Below, piece by piece: positions 1 through 9,024 of a stretch of 32,000 nucleotides of DNA; the first letter of the stretch is position 1, and every line of letters begins with the position of its first letter. Both the position numbers and the translations under genes were made by a program. Under the pieces are notes generated by a model. The model was not told where the DNA came from and did no database searches. It worked only from the letters and a program-made list of their open reading frames with translations. The stretch spans positions 480,001 through 512,000 of the forward strand of contig CAZETV010000001.1 of NCBI GenBank assembly GCA_964514965.1, written 5' to 3'. Source of the DNA: Candidatus Hadarchaeota archaeon (GTDB lineage Archaea > Hadarchaeota > Hadarchaeia > Hadarchaeales > Hadarchaeaceae).

Positions 1-120
1 GAGCCTCTCGCCGTAGACTTGTGTGCCTGGAGCTAGATTTACAGTTGCAAGCTTGCGCGTCCCATCTTCAAGCTTAACCCAGTAGACCCCAGCAAAGCGT
101 TTGTGTTCGGTTACTTTCAT
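1..120 (-). CDS. flpA: Fibrillarin (C/D-box sRNP rRNA/tRNA 2'-O-methyltransferase), first 40 codons only; gene continues past the left edge
   Basis: Reverse-strand translation from ATG at 120..118 gives [40 protein letters not shown], a typical archaeal fibrillarin N-terminus. Its ATG overlaps the nop5 stop (ATGA at 117..120), the conserved nop5-flpA order. It is absent from the ORF track because no stop lies in the window. Confidence 0.8.
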   Translation of the reverse strand, partial: MKVTEHKRFAGVYWVKLEDGTRKLATVNLAPGTQVYGERL

Positions 121-1271
121 TTTCTCGGCTCCTTATATTTCGCCTTGATATCAGCTATACGCGCCTTCAAGTCAGCGACAAGCTTGTCCCCCACAAACTC
201 ACCCGACATCGCGTCGACGCGCGCGGCTATGGATAGTTTTCCTGCGAGGGCACGAGCTATCTTTCCCCGCTGCCACTTAGGCGCTCCCCGGACCTCAGGG
301 TACTGATAGATTACGCCGTGCTTTGGGGGCCTCGCTTGAGAACGGAGCGCCCTGAAGAGAGCTTTTTCCGCCCCGAGTACCTGAAGTGTGCTCGCGGGCG
401 AACGAGAAAGTTTCTTCAAACCACCCGCTAGTGAAATAAGCCTTGCACCAACCGAGCCACCGACGACCGTTCGCAGATTTGGCGCCACTTGGGCCATCAA
501 CCCATCGATATATTCGGCTATTCGCTCCCGGAACTCGTATAAGGAGAACACCTCTCGTGCACACCCCTGCAGTATTTTGATATCGAGTTCGTCGAATGGG
601 GCGCCTAAGGAATTCATTGCAGCCTCGGCTATTTGCGCCGCGTTTTCATCTGATAATTCAATCACGCTCTTCACCGCAGCTTGAGTAAATCGCTCACGGG
701 AGCCCAATTCTAAGATGAGTTTCAGGTATTTTTGATGCTCAACAACAAATCTGTCGAGCTCGGGGAAGTGGGTAGAGTACCACTCGCGTATTAAGCCAGA
801 AAGGATGTTTGTGAACTTATCAAACTCATTAAGCATGCCTATAGCTTGGATGACTAGCTTGTCTCGCTCGGCTGCCTCCTCCCGGAGCTTTTGCCGCGTG
901 AGGATGAATGTTACTTCCCGGGCAAGCTTGTCTGACTCCTTAAATCCCACCTCTTTAGCTATCTTTTTGAGCTTGGTACGTAGGAGTTCACCTGCAAGAT
1001 TCGGTAGCTGCACCTCGAACTTGGTACGTCGAAATTCCTTACGCAATTGTGAGACGAGCAATTCAGACTCTAGGGTAAATTCAAGGAAACCTTTCTTGAC
1101 TAGTTCAGCTATGATCTCGCGGTGCTCTTCCGTAGAAGCTCCCATCTGAACGCTCGCCAGCCGCCCGGCCACTTCGATTGCGTCCCGGGGGAACTGCTTC
1201 GACGCCAACATTCGCCCCTCATCATCGAACGCGAACACGCCTAACACACATTCAGCTATATGAACCGCCAT
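117..1271 (-). CDS. nop5: Nop5 (Nop56/58 homologue), C/D-box sRNP core protein
   Basis: 384-aa ORF with a coiled-coil middle region. The Nop-domain C-terminal half reads [28 protein letters not shown]...[12 protein letters not shown]...[19 protein letters not shown]. It lies directly upstream of fibrillarin. Confidence 0.92.
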   Translation of the reverse strand: MAVHIAECVLGVFAFDDEGRMLASKQFPRDAIEVAGRLASVQMGASTEEHREIIAELVKKGFLEFTLESELLVSQLRKEFRRTKFEVQLPNLAGELLRTKLKKIAKEVGFKESDKLAREVTFILTRQKLREEAAERDKLVIQAIGMLNEFDKFTNILSGLIREWYSTHFPELDRFVVEHQKYLKLILELGSRERFTQAAVKSVIELSDENAAQIAEAAMNSLGAPFDELDIKILQGCAREVFSLYEFRERIAEYIDGLMAQVAPNLRTVVGGSVGARLISLAGGLKKLSRSPASTLQVLGAEKALFRALRSQARPPKHGVIYQYPEVRGAPKWQRGKIARALAGKLSIAARVDAMSGEFVGDKLVADLKARIADIKAKYKEPRK

Positions 1272-1290
1272 GTGCGCACCTGACTAAAAG

Positions 1291-1300
1291 TTAATTTAAA
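1291..1300 (-). promoter_or_regulatory. TATA-like box for nop5-flpA
   Basis: The reverse strand reads TTTAAATTAA about 20 nt upstream of the nop5 ATG (1271). This spacing fits a leaderless or short-leader archaeal promoter. Confidence 0.5.
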
Positions 1301-1488
1301 CTTCATAAAGCTTTAATAGAGGGGCCAAAGATTGCCTATCCTGCCTGTTTGAATCCTTTCCTCACCACATCTCTTAACAAACCGCTCGACATCCTCGCGC
1401 TTGGTGTAAGATATGCTATCAACCCCGCACAGAATTCAGCTGGGACGCAAGTGGTGAGAATGAGATTATAGTAATAAGACAGTAGGCC

Positions 1489-1752
1489 TCAATCAGACAT
1501 ACCAAACTTAACGATTTTGCCGTCAATGTTTTCGACCACACCGCAGAACCCTTTTGAATTTTTAGGCGCTCGAGCTGGCAAACCGTGGCGCCTTTTAATG
1601 CTAATATGCGCCGCCTCGATGTAAAGCCTAGCATCCTCGAAACTTTCGCACACACATTGGGCATAGCCATTTGACGTAGCCGAGATATCCTCAGATTCCC
1701 TGTCGCAGACATCACACTCGGCTCGCCAACCATTAGTGTGACGCAAAAACAC
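1489..1752 (-). CDS. Hypothetical small Cys-containing protein (87 aa)
   Basis: The ORF has balanced charged composition and motifs CDVCD...CVC...C. It is divergent from pdxS. It is preferred over the overlapping 114-aa ORF at 1419..1763, which is Ser/Leu/Arg-rich. No family was recognised. Confidence 0.35.
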   Translation of the reverse strand: MFLRHTNGWRAECDVCDRESEDISATSNGYAQCVCESFEDARLYIEAAHISIKRRHGLPARAPKNSKGFCGVVENIDGKIVKFGMSD

Positions 1753-1807
1753 GGCGCCACCATTTTCCTTTTTAGGTAAGAGCGATTAAATATGAATTGG
1801 TGAAAAC

Positions 1808-2716
1808 GTGCAGAAGAAAACTGGTGAAAAAATCGTTGCTTTCGGCACTGAGCGCCTGAAGCGTGGATTCGCTAAGATGCAAAAGGGTGGCGTAATCATG
1901 GATGTCACGAACCCCGAACAGGCAATCATAGCTGAGGAGGCTGGAGCAGTAGCGGTAATGGCTTTGCAAGCGGTACCTGCCGACATTCGAGCAGCAGGTG
2001 GCGTCGCTCGCATGGCGGACCCAGCGATTGTTGAGGCAATCATGAATGCCGTCACCATCCCGGTTATGGCTAAATGCAGAATAGGCCACTTCGCGGAGGC
2101 GCAAGTTTTGGAAGCATTAGGAGTGGACATGATAGACGAAAGTGAAGTTCTTACTGTTGCTGACGAAGAAGCACATGTAGACAAACATAAATTTAAAGTT
2201 CCATTCGTTTGTGGCTCTTACGATTTGGGCCAAGCGCTGCGAAGAATAGACGAGGGAGCCGCGATGATCCGAACAAAAGGAGAAGCAGGTACTGGCAACG
2301 TAGTTGAAGCAGTCCGCCACATAAAGCTGACGAAAAAGCAGATAGCCGAGCTGGCTGGACTATCGCGCGATGGATTAGAGGAAAAAGCGCGGGAGTACCG
2401 GGTACCAGCTGAGTTGGTTGAAGAAACAGTAAAACTGAAACGTTTACCGGTGGTTTGGTTCGCGGCTGGGGGTATCGCGACGCCTTCTGACAGTGCGATG
2501 GTCCTGCAATTAGGTGTAGACGGAGTCTTCGTTGGGTCAGGTATCTTTAAAACAAGCGACCCATCACGTATGGCAAAAGCGATTGTAGAAGCAACGAGGT
2601 ACTATGATGATCCCCAAGTTTTGTTAGAAGTCAGCAAGGGGTTACCAAAAGCTATGCACGGAATAGACATCAAAAAGCTTAAGGAATCCGAGAAATTGCA
2701 GGCTAGAGGCGTCTAA
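1808..2716 (+). CDS. pdxS: Pyridoxal 5'-phosphate synthase, lyase subunit PdxS
   Basis: 302 aa with a GTG start. Family-typical stretches include [55 protein letters not shown] and [18 protein letters not shown]. It is followed by pdxT. Confidence 0.96.
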   Translation: MQKKTGEKIVAFGTERLKRGFAKMQKGGVIMDVTNPEQAIIAEEAGAVAVMALQAVPADIRAAGGVARMADPAIVEAIMNAVTIPVMAKCRIGHFAEAQVLEALGVDMIDESEVLTVADEEAHVDKHKFKVPFVCGSYDLGQALRRIDEGAAMIRTKGEAGTGNVVEAVRHIKLTKKQIAELAGLSRDGLEEKAREYRVPAELVEETVKLKRLPVVWFAAGGIATPSDSAMVLQLGVDGVFVGSGIFKTSDPSRMAKAIVEATRYYDDPQVLLEVSKGLPKAMHGIDIKKLKESEKLQARGV

Positions 2717-2749
2717 GAACACCCACTTTTTATAGATTAGTTTGGATAT

Positions 2750-3358
2750 GTGGCAATCGTGAAGATAGGCATTATTGGTCTCCAAGGCGCTGTGAGCGAG
2801 CACCTCGAGGCGGCGAAGCGGGCGATGCAAAAGCTCGGCATCGAAGGCGAGACTGTCTGGGCCAGCAGACTTAGTCAGTTTGAACGCATAGATGGCATCA
2901 TCATTCCCGGAGGAGAATCGACGACGATCAGCAAGCTCATGCTCAAGACGGGCCTTTTTGAGCGGGTCAAGCAGCTTGCAGCCGGTGGCACTCCAATCTT
3001 AGGCACTTGTGCTGGCCTCATCGTATTGGCCAAACGCGGGGACGAGCAAGTCATGCAAACTGGGCAGCCATTGTTGGAACTGATGGATATCTCCGTGATT
3101 CGGAATTCTTTCGGGAGGCAGCGCGAGTCATTTGAGGTAAATTTGGAGATTCCAGTTTTGGGTGAGAGGCCCTATAGCGCAGTCTTCATCCGAGCACCAT
3201 CTGTCGAGAAAGTTTGGGGGAATACTCAAGTCTTGGCCAAGTTTCAAGAAAAAATCGTCGCGGTGCAACAAGACAACTTGCTTGCGGTGGCTTTTCATCC
3301 AGAACTCACATCCGACACACGATTGCACGAGTATTTCCTACAGATGTGTCAAAGATAA
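2750..3358 (+). CDS. pdxT: Pyridoxal 5'-phosphate synthase, glutaminase subunit PdxT
   Basis: 202 aa with a GTG start. It shows a class I amidotransferase pattern: IIPGGESTT, nucleophile motif GTCAGLIVLA, and C-terminal AFHPELT. Confidence 0.95.
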   Translation: MAIVKIGIIGLQGAVSEHLEAAKRAMQKLGIEGETVWASRLSQFERIDGIIIPGGESTTISKLMLKTGLFERVKQLAAGGTPILGTCAGLIVLAKRGDEQVMQTGQPLLELMDISVIRNSFGRQRESFEVNLEIPVLGERPYSAVFIRAPSVEKVWGNTQVLAKFQEKIVAVQQDNLLAVAFHPELTSDTRLHEYFLQMCQR

Positions 3359-3410
3359 ATCAAGGAAAAGGAAATTAAACTAGTCGCGCTAAATAATTTA
3401 GGGCGGATGA

Positions 3411-3833
3411 ATGAACTTACGTTGCCCCAAAAATGTGCATTTTGAGTGTCAGCGATGCGCCAAGTGCTGCGGCGATGGTTCACACCGTGGACGAAATATC
3501 TTGTTGATAAAATCCGAAGTCAAACAGATATCCCAAGCAACAGGACTAAGACCGCTCTCATTTGCCTCTCGCTCATTAAGTATTCAGCCCTACCGCTACA
3601 GGATGAAAAAACGAGGCGGGAAGTGCGTCTTCCTTGATGGAAAAGCTTGTAGGATTTACAACATCAGGCCCCTCATCTGCCGCTTTTACCCGTTCTCGCT
3701 CAAAAGGGGCAACAACGGCTATAAGTTCGAGGTTTCGGAGGAGTGTCCGGGTATCGGTCTTGGGGATGCCTCAAAAGAGAGTGACTTTGAGAGAATGTTT
3801 GAAGACGCGCAAAGAGTATTACAAACTTCATAG
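3411..3833 (+). CDS. YkgJ/UPF0153-type zinc- or iron-chelating cysteine-cluster protein
   Basis: 140 aa with the N-terminal CxxCxxCC signature (CQRCAKCCGD). Later Cys residues are typical of the family (GKCVFLDGKACRIYNIRPLICRFYPF). Confidence 0.7.
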   Translation: MNLRCPKNVHFECQRCAKCCGDGSHRGRNILLIKSEVKQISQATGLRPLSFASRSLSIQPYRYRMKKRGGKCVFLDGKACRIYNIRPLICRFYPFSLKRGNNGYKFEVSEECPGIGLGDASKESDFERMFEDAQRVLQTS

Positions 3834-3838
3834 CATTA

Positions 3839-3929
3839 TTTTTTCACCGCTTTCACTAACTTTTTCTTAACAATTTCATTTACTGCTTTTTTGCGGCAAC
3901 TCCTTTCTCTAATGTCGAGTATTTTTTTC
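3839..3929 (+). terminator. Cluster of oligo-T tracts downstream of the ykgJ-like gene
   Basis: Three T6-T7 runs (3839..3844, 3887..3892, 3923..3929) lie within 100 nt after the stop at 3833. Oligo-T is the known archaeal intrinsic termination signal. Confidence 0.4.
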
Positions 3930-4019
3930 TCCACTCAAAGGTTCTCAAGCTAAAAATTATCTGTGGGCCCCATCACAAGTCTTTTGAATACTGCCACCAA
4001 ATTACAAACTGGTGTATGT

Positions 4020-4286
4020 ATGCAAGAATTTCCAGAGTTCGTCGAAGAAGAGGAAGAAGAAAACTGGCCAGCGACGATAAGGTTGGAGATAATTGAGTAT
4101 ATTCTACGTCGCCACGGTGCTCTTCGTGCCCCAGACCTAGCGCATATCTTAGATTGGAAAGTTCGAGAAATTAATCGCGTGCTTCGCCAGCTCGAGAGCT
4201 CCGGCCGCGCGAAGCGCATGAAGCTAGGGAAGAACTATGTTTGGTCTTCGATTGAGGAGCCGCACCTAACGCCCATGCATTACTAG
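4020..4286 (+). CDS. Small acidic-N-terminus winged-helix-like DNA-binding protein (88 aa from ATG 4020; the track ORF starts at GTG 3963)
   Basis: The sequence is MQEFPEFVEEEEEENWPATIRLEIIEYILRRHGALRAPDLAHILDWKVREINRVLRQLESSGRAKRMKLGKNYVWS. This pattern is helix, helix-turn-helix, then a beta wing, as in wHTH regulators. No family was assigned. Confidence 0.5.
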   Translation: MQEFPEFVEEEEEENWPATIRLEIIEYILRRHGALRAPDLAHILDWKVREINRVLRQLESSGRAKRMKLGKNYVWSSIEEPHLTPMHY

Positions 4287-4431
4287 GCAAATCGTGCCCT
4301 AGATTGACTTTTCCGTACTTTTGATCCTTGAGCAACCGAGCGATTTGGTTAAACTACAATTTGGCGGAAGCGTCCCGATAAAAAGACCTAAACTTTTATT
4401 GCTCGTCGGGTGATGCTTTTAGCGTGGTCGG

Positions 4432-4866
4432 ATGGTCAGAATGATTAACATCGAATCAAAACCATCAGTACCCCGAGTGGCGAAGGCAGGCGGTTTTATC
4501 CATTTGAAACCCGAAACACTCAAAAAAATCGAGGCAAGCGAGGTGCCCAAAGGCGATGTGCTAGCAGTTGCTCAGACTGCCGCGATTTTGGCGGTCAAGC
4601 GCACCTCGGAACTCATTCCTTTAACCCACCAAATTACAATTACAGGCACTGATGTAATTTTTAAGCTGGAGAAGGAAGGGATTCGCGCTGAGGTTGAAGT
4701 GAAAAGCACGGGACAAACCGGCGTCGAGATGGAAGCATTGGTTGGCGTAACGAGTGCACTGCTCACAATCTGGGACATGATAAAAAGCTTGGAGAAAGAT
4801 GCGGCAGGACAGTACCCCGTGACTTCAATCGACGACATTCGTGTGTTAAAGAAGGTGAAAGGTTGA
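4432..4866 (+). CDS. moaC: Cyclic pyranopterin monophosphate synthase MoaC
   Basis: 144 aa with MoaC-typical segments ELIPLTHQI, TGQTGVEMEALVGVTSALLTIWDMIK. Confidence 0.9.
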   Translation: MVRMINIESKPSVPRVAKAGGFIHLKPETLKKIEASEVPKGDVLAVAQTAAILAVKRTSELIPLTHQITITGTDVIFKLEKEGIRAEVEVKSTGQTGVEMEALVGVTSALLTIWDMIKSLEKDAAGQYPVTSIDDIRVLKKVKG

Positions 4867-5378
4867 GTGGAATCGAACATCGCAGGGGGGCACCAACACA
4901 CCTGAGGATAGCGGTTCTTGTCGTGAGCGATACTCGGGCGGCGGCCATACGTAAGGGACGTGATGAAGACGTTACCGGAAAGCTCATCGAACAAAGCGCG
5001 CGAGAAGCCGGGCACGAGACGACTAGATCAATAGTCCCAGATGATTCACGCAAGATAAAAAAAGCTGTCCAAGAGTTCATCGCGGACAAAAAAATCGATG
5101 TCGTGATAACTACGGGCGGCACTGGCATAACAAAGCGTGATGTCACAATTAAAACATTAAGCCCGCTCTTCGAAAAGGAGTTGCCGGGGTTTGGTGAAAT
5201 TCTGCGACGCATCGGCTATGAAAAAGTCGGCACGGCGGCGCTTCTGACCTTGAGTACCGCCGGCCTCATAAGGCGAAAGCTGGTTTTTTGCTTGCCCGGG
5301 GCCCCAAATGCGGCAGAGGTCGCGATGAAAATAATCCTTCCCGAGTTGGGGCACATCATCAAGCACGCACGTGAGTGA
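4863..5378 (+). CDS. moaB: Molybdenum cofactor biosynthesis protein MoaB/MogA family
   Basis: 171 aa. A TTG start overlaps the moaC stop by 4 nt. MoaB/MogA signatures are present: IAVLVVSD, VVITTGGTGITKRDVT, PGFGEILR, CLPGAPNA. Confidence 0.85.
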   Translation: MSGIEHRRGAPTHLRIAVLVVSDTRAAAIRKGRDEDVTGKLIEQSAREAGHETTRSIVPDDSRKIKKAVQEFIADKKIDVVITTGGTGITKRDVTIKTLSPLFEKELPGFGEILRRIGYEKVGTAALLTLSTAGLIRRKLVFCLPGAPNAAEVAMKIILPELGHIIKHARE

Positions 5379-6612
5379 GATGCAAGTTCGAATGCGGGGC
5401 TTTGCTCACTATACCAAGCTTGGAGATGCCCTGAAGCTCGTGCTTTCGCGAGTGAAACCTTTGAGTTCTGAGATAATCTCGTTCGATAAAGCGTTAGGGC
5501 GCGTGCTGGCCGAAGATGTCGTCTCAAAGATAGATGTCCCTCCCTTCAATCGCTCGGCCGTCGATGGTTACGCTGTTCGCGCGGCTGATGTATTTACGGC
5601 TAGTGAGACAAAACCAAAAAGACTTCGAATAATCTGGTCTGCGAAAATTGGAGTTCCAACCAAACTTTGTGTGCAAAAAGGAGAGGCAATCAAACTTATG
5701 ACTGGGGCACCAATGCCCCACGGCGCAGATGCAGTCGTAATGGTCGAACACACCAAAATCGAGAAAAAACGAATAGCTGTGCTGGTACCGCTCACACCCA
5801 ACAAGAATGTTTCAGCGCGGGGGGAGGATGTTCGCGCGGGCGATGTAGTGCTAAGGCGCGGGCAGCAACTCAGACCTCAAGATATCGGCATGCTTTCGTC
5901 AATCAGCCATCTCAAGGTGCCAGTTTTTCTTAAACCGAAAGTTGCGATTATCGTGACCGGACCCGAACTCAGGCGTCCAGGCAAACGACTAAAACCAGGC
6001 CAAATTACGGACATTAACAGGTACTCTTTATCCGCGGGGGTTACAAACTGCGGCGGCCTAGCGAATCCGCTCGGCATCACCTCTGACAAACCACAAGCGA
6101 TGCGCCGTGTGCTACAAACAGCACTGAAAAATGATGTGGTCCTTATTTCGGGCGGAAGTTCAGTGGGAGAACATGATATCGCCCCCGACATTGTTACCGA
6201 ACTTGGAGAGCTGCTTTTCCATGGTGTCGCCTTACGTCCCGGTGGCCCAACCGCATTTGGCGTGGTTCGGGGTAAGCCAGTGTTCTGTCTAGCTGGTTTT
6301 CCTGTTGCATCGCTGGTTGCTTTCGATATGTTGGTCAGACCCGCGATTTGGGCGATGCAGGGGCTGCCTCCGGATTGGGGATGCCTAAGGGTTCAGGCGA
6401 AGCTGACACGTAAGGTTGCCTCAAACTTGGGGCGCGTGGATGTGGTGCGGGTGCGGGTCCGGAGTGAGGCGGATGAACTTTTGGCTGAGCCAATCCGAAT
6501 CACAGGGTCAAGCATCCTGAGCTCGATGACGCGCGCTAATGGCTTTTTCTTGATTCCTGAAGATGTGGAAGGGTTTGGAAAGGATACTGTCATAGAGGTT
6601 GAACTTTATTAA
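5371..6612 (+). CDS. moeA: Molybdopterin molybdenumtransferase MoeA (paralog 1)
   Basis: 413 aa. Start is GTG 5371 (overlapping moaB) or ATG 5380. MoeA motifs present: IDVPPFNRSAVDGYAV, MTGAPMPHGADAVVMVE, ISGGSSVGEHD, CLAGFPVAS. Confidence 0.9.
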   Translation: MSEMQVRMRGFAHYTKLGDALKLVLSRVKPLSSEIISFDKALGRVLAEDVVSKIDVPPFNRSAVDGYAVRAADVFTASETKPKRLRIIWSAKIGVPTKLCVQKGEAIKLMTGAPMPHGADAVVMVEHTKIEKKRIAVLVPLTPNKNVSARGEDVRAGDVVLRRGQQLRPQDIGMLSSISHLKVPVFLKPKVAIIVTGPELRRPGKRLKPGQITDINRYSLSAGVTNCGGLANPLGITSDKPQAMRRVLQTALKNDVVLISGGSSVGEHDIAPDIVTELGELLFHGVALRPGGPTAFGVVRGKPVFCLAGFPVASLVAFDMLVRPAIWAMQGLPPDWGCLRVQAKLTRKVASNLGRVDVVRVRVRSEADELLAEPIRITGSSILSSMTRANGFFLIPEDVEGFGKDTVIEVELY

Positions 6613-6646
6613 CCGAGCGTTTGATTACGTTAAGGAGCGTGATTTC

Positions 6647-6799
6647 GTGACAGGAAAGATTGAGGACATGGCAGCTGATTTAATCGCAGAGCTCAGGAAT
6701 CGACTCGACGAGCTTGAGCGCCGAGTTTCTTCCCTTGAGCTATCGCTGGGAAAAGCCCAGCTACCCAACCATGACAACAAGATTGAGTCGAAGCGTTAA
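6647..6799 (+). CDS. Small coiled-coil protein (50 aa from GTG 6647; the track ORF starts at TTG 6599)
   Basis: AAGGAG at 6632..6637 lies 9 nt upstream of GTG 6647. The heptad-like sequence is EDMAADLIAELRNRLDELERRVSSLELSL. It sits immediately upstream of, and co-oriented with, the secretion-type ATPase. Confidence 0.4.
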   Translation: MTGKIEDMAADLIAELRNRLDELERRVSSLELSLGKAQLPNHDNKIESKR

Positions 6800-6813
6800 A
6801 GCAGGTAAGGATT

Positions 6814-9024
6814 ATGACGCTTCGGATCTATCGTTCCGGCCCACTTCAGGTCGCAGAAATAGAGTGTCATGGTTGCAAAGGGCTGAGTTCACTCGAAGAT
6901 AAGCGTTGCCGCGCCTGCGTGCTCAAGCAGCTCGGTGCGCAAAACTTGGTAGATCAAGTTACCCTTCGCCGGGCCTATAAACGAGTGTACTGTTCGAGCG
7001 AACTATCAAAACTCGCCAAAACCCTAGCTGTTATCAAACAGCTCATTTTCGACCGTGCATCCTATACTGCAAGTGAGAAAGACAAGTGCAAAGGTTGCGT
7101 AGATAAACGATGCAGAGAATTGACCGAACTATGGGAAAAAATTATAGAGACACCACATGATTTTTCACCGATTGAGAAATTAGTGAAAAAAAACAGTAAA
7201 CTTAAAGGCGAATGTGCGAAATGCACCGAACGTTATTTCCTAAAACTTATCGCGAGCGCAAGGACAGGATTGGCGAGTATTACAACAATTCAAAACGCTG
7301 ACAAAATTGATTACGAGGCGGTTTTTGCGGCACGGGTGATGCCTTTTTTCGTCGAGGGAATTTGTCATCCACCAAAGCACAGATTAAAACTGCTAGAGAC
7401 TTATGAGTTAGCCGAGCGGCGAGGCATTGTGCGAATCTATGAACAACTTGACCGTCCGCTGCCTTTCTACCAACTTGACCTTCCAGAATTCAAGATGCCC
7501 GCGGAGCACCTCCAGTTGCTGGATGATGCATATAAATTTGAGACGAAGACCAAACCAGGACACGCCCGTTTTGCTTTCCCAACGCGAATCTCGGGGTTCC
7601 TCGACGATTGGTACAATGTTTTGCTACATATCCTTCGGGAGCGCTCGGATGTCAAAATTCCCTCTGGTAAGCTTAGGGAACTAGCCAAGCAGATGTCCAG
7701 CTGGCTCACTTACCGATGGCTTGAACCACTCAGTTACGATGACAAACTAACCGACATTTACATCCCCGCACCGCCCGAGCTTCAGCCGATTCGAGTCGTC
7801 CACGAACGTTGGGATATGTGCGAGACTGGTATTCATTGGACGACGCCAGCTCTGTTGGGGTTTGGAGAAACGCTCGCTTCACGCCTTGCAACGTCTTTCG
7901 ATGAAGTCCGTCCGCAGTTGGACATTGAAATCCCCAAGCTTGGAATGCGATTATTTCTGAGTCGATACCCGGCGATATGGTCGAGGAGCATCGCGATATC
8001 TGCTAGGAAGCGCCGCCGACGAGCTTGGACTCAACCACTCTTCCTTGAGCGGAGCACACTCACACCTCTCGCCAGCTCGCTCGTGAGCAACCTCGTTCGG
8101 CGAGGTGCTTCAGCTTTTATAATAGGCGAGATGGGAAGTGCAAAGACCAGCGAAGTCGAGACGCTAGTGCCCGAGATAGGCCCCCACCAACGCATCATAG
8201 CGTTTCAGGATACGGAGGAACTCCACCTTGAGGAGTTCGTCACACATGGTTACTCAATCGAAAATGTACGAATTACCGATGCGGGTCATCTCCAACGCCA
8301 AATTGATGCCTTCCTTAGAGGGGGTGCTGCATACTGGCTCATCACAGAGGTACGGGCGATGGAGGCGGTTAGAGCAGCTTTGGGGGCGGCAACGCGGCAG
8401 GGAAGTCAACCAATCGTAAGCAGCTTTCATGCCCGCTCGAAGCAAGAGATGTTTGATCTGGTGTGCCGCATCATGGGATTGCATGACGCAGCTTACAAAT
8501 ACGTTGATCTTATTGTCAGCACCGCTCGATTTTCCACTCCCACCGGCACCATTAGACGAGTGATAGAGGTGGCTGAAGTACTCAAAGATTGGGAAAACAA
8601 ACCGAAATATGCCGAGCTTTTCACCGACGACCGCCAGCGAGATTTGCTCGTGCCAAGAAATTTTCTTTGCGGTGATAAGCACCTTCTCGAGTGCTTGAAC
8701 TCCTTTGACCTCTCAAAACTCAATGTTCTAGATGCTACACAAAGATTGGACTTCTTGCCACCTGAAAAAGGCGGAAGTCAACTTGTGCCCAAGATGTGCA
8801 AGAGGTTCGCGATAGATGAGCAAGAATTCCTAACGGGGATTCTCGCAGAGGCTAAAATGAAATCTGACTTGCTTTGTTTGGCCCGAAGCACTGGCAATAT
8901 GGATTATCTTGAGCTACCATTCGTGAGTCGCGCCTACGACGCTTACTTCTCTTTCGTTAAAGAAAATGACCCAGAGTACGAGCGCGTTCTAACAAGGTGG
9001 AAAAGTTGGTTGAAGACTCTTTAA
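6814..9024 (+). CDS. Divergent FlaI/PilB/VirB11-superfamily (type II/IV secretion) ATPase with a Cys-rich N-terminal extension
   Basis: 736 aa. The C-terminal half is collinear with FlaI/GspE-type ATPases. The P-loop region is FIIGEMGSAKTS, the Asp-box-like region IAFQDTEELH, the Walker-B/Glu region AYWLITEVRAMEA, and the His box SSFHARS. The N-terminus carries C18-x2-C21-x10-C32-x2-C35 and a second CKGC-x4-C...CAKC cluster. Confidence 0.8.
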   Translation: MTLRIYRSGPLQVAEIECHGCKGLSSLEDKRCRACVLKQLGAQNLVDQVTLRRAYKRVYCSSELSKLAKTLAVIKQLIFDRASYTASEKDKCKGCVDKRCRELTELWEKIIETPHDFSPIEKLVKKNSKLKGECAKCTERYFLKLIASARTGLASITTIQNADKIDYEAVFAARVMPFFVEGICHPPKHRLKLLETYELAERRGIVRIYEQLDRPLPFYQLDLPEFKMPAEHLQLLDDAYKFETKTKPGHARFAFPTRISGFLDDWYNVLLHILRERSDVKIPSGKLRELAKQMSSWLTYRWLEPLSYDDKLTDIYIPAPPELQPIRVVHERWDMCETGIHWTTPALLGFGETLASRLATSFDEVRPQLDIEIPKLGMRLFLSRYPAIWSRSIAISARKRRRRAWTQPLFLERSTLTPLASSLVSNLVRRGASAFIIGEMGSAKTSEVETLVPEIGPHQRIIAFQDTEELHLEEFVTHGYSIENVRITDAGHLQRQIDAFLRGGAAYWLITEVRAMEAVRAALGAATRQGSQPIVSSFHARSKQEMFDLVCRIMGLHDAAYKYVDLIVSTARFSTPTGTIRRVIEVAEVLKDWENKPKYAELFTDDRQRDLLVPRNFLCGDKHLLECLNSFDLSKLNVLDATQRLDFLPPEKGGSQLVPKMCKRFAIDEQEFLTGILAEAKMKSDLLCLARSTGNMDYLELPFVSRAYDAYFSFVKENDPEYERVLTRWKSWLKTL

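Noticed and set aside
295-1149. Track ORFs 295..564(-), 388..684(+), 805..1149(+) and 103..306(+) overlapping nop5
   Set aside because: They lie entirely inside, antisense to, or out of frame with the strongly supported nop5 CDS. Their Ser/Arg/Ala-rich low-complexity translations have no recognisable motifs.
1272-1488. C/D-box sRNA near nop5 and in the gap before moaC (4287..4431)
   Set aside because: No RUGAUGA C box paired with a CUGA D box at appropriate spacing was found. GGTGATGC...TCAGA at 4408..4440 does not fit the consensus.
1419-1763. 114-aa ORF overlapping the 87-aa ORF on the same strand
   Set aside because: The composition is poor (Leu/Ser/Arg/Cys-rich) and there is no family resemblance. 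The 87-aa frame looks more protein-like, though neither is well supported.
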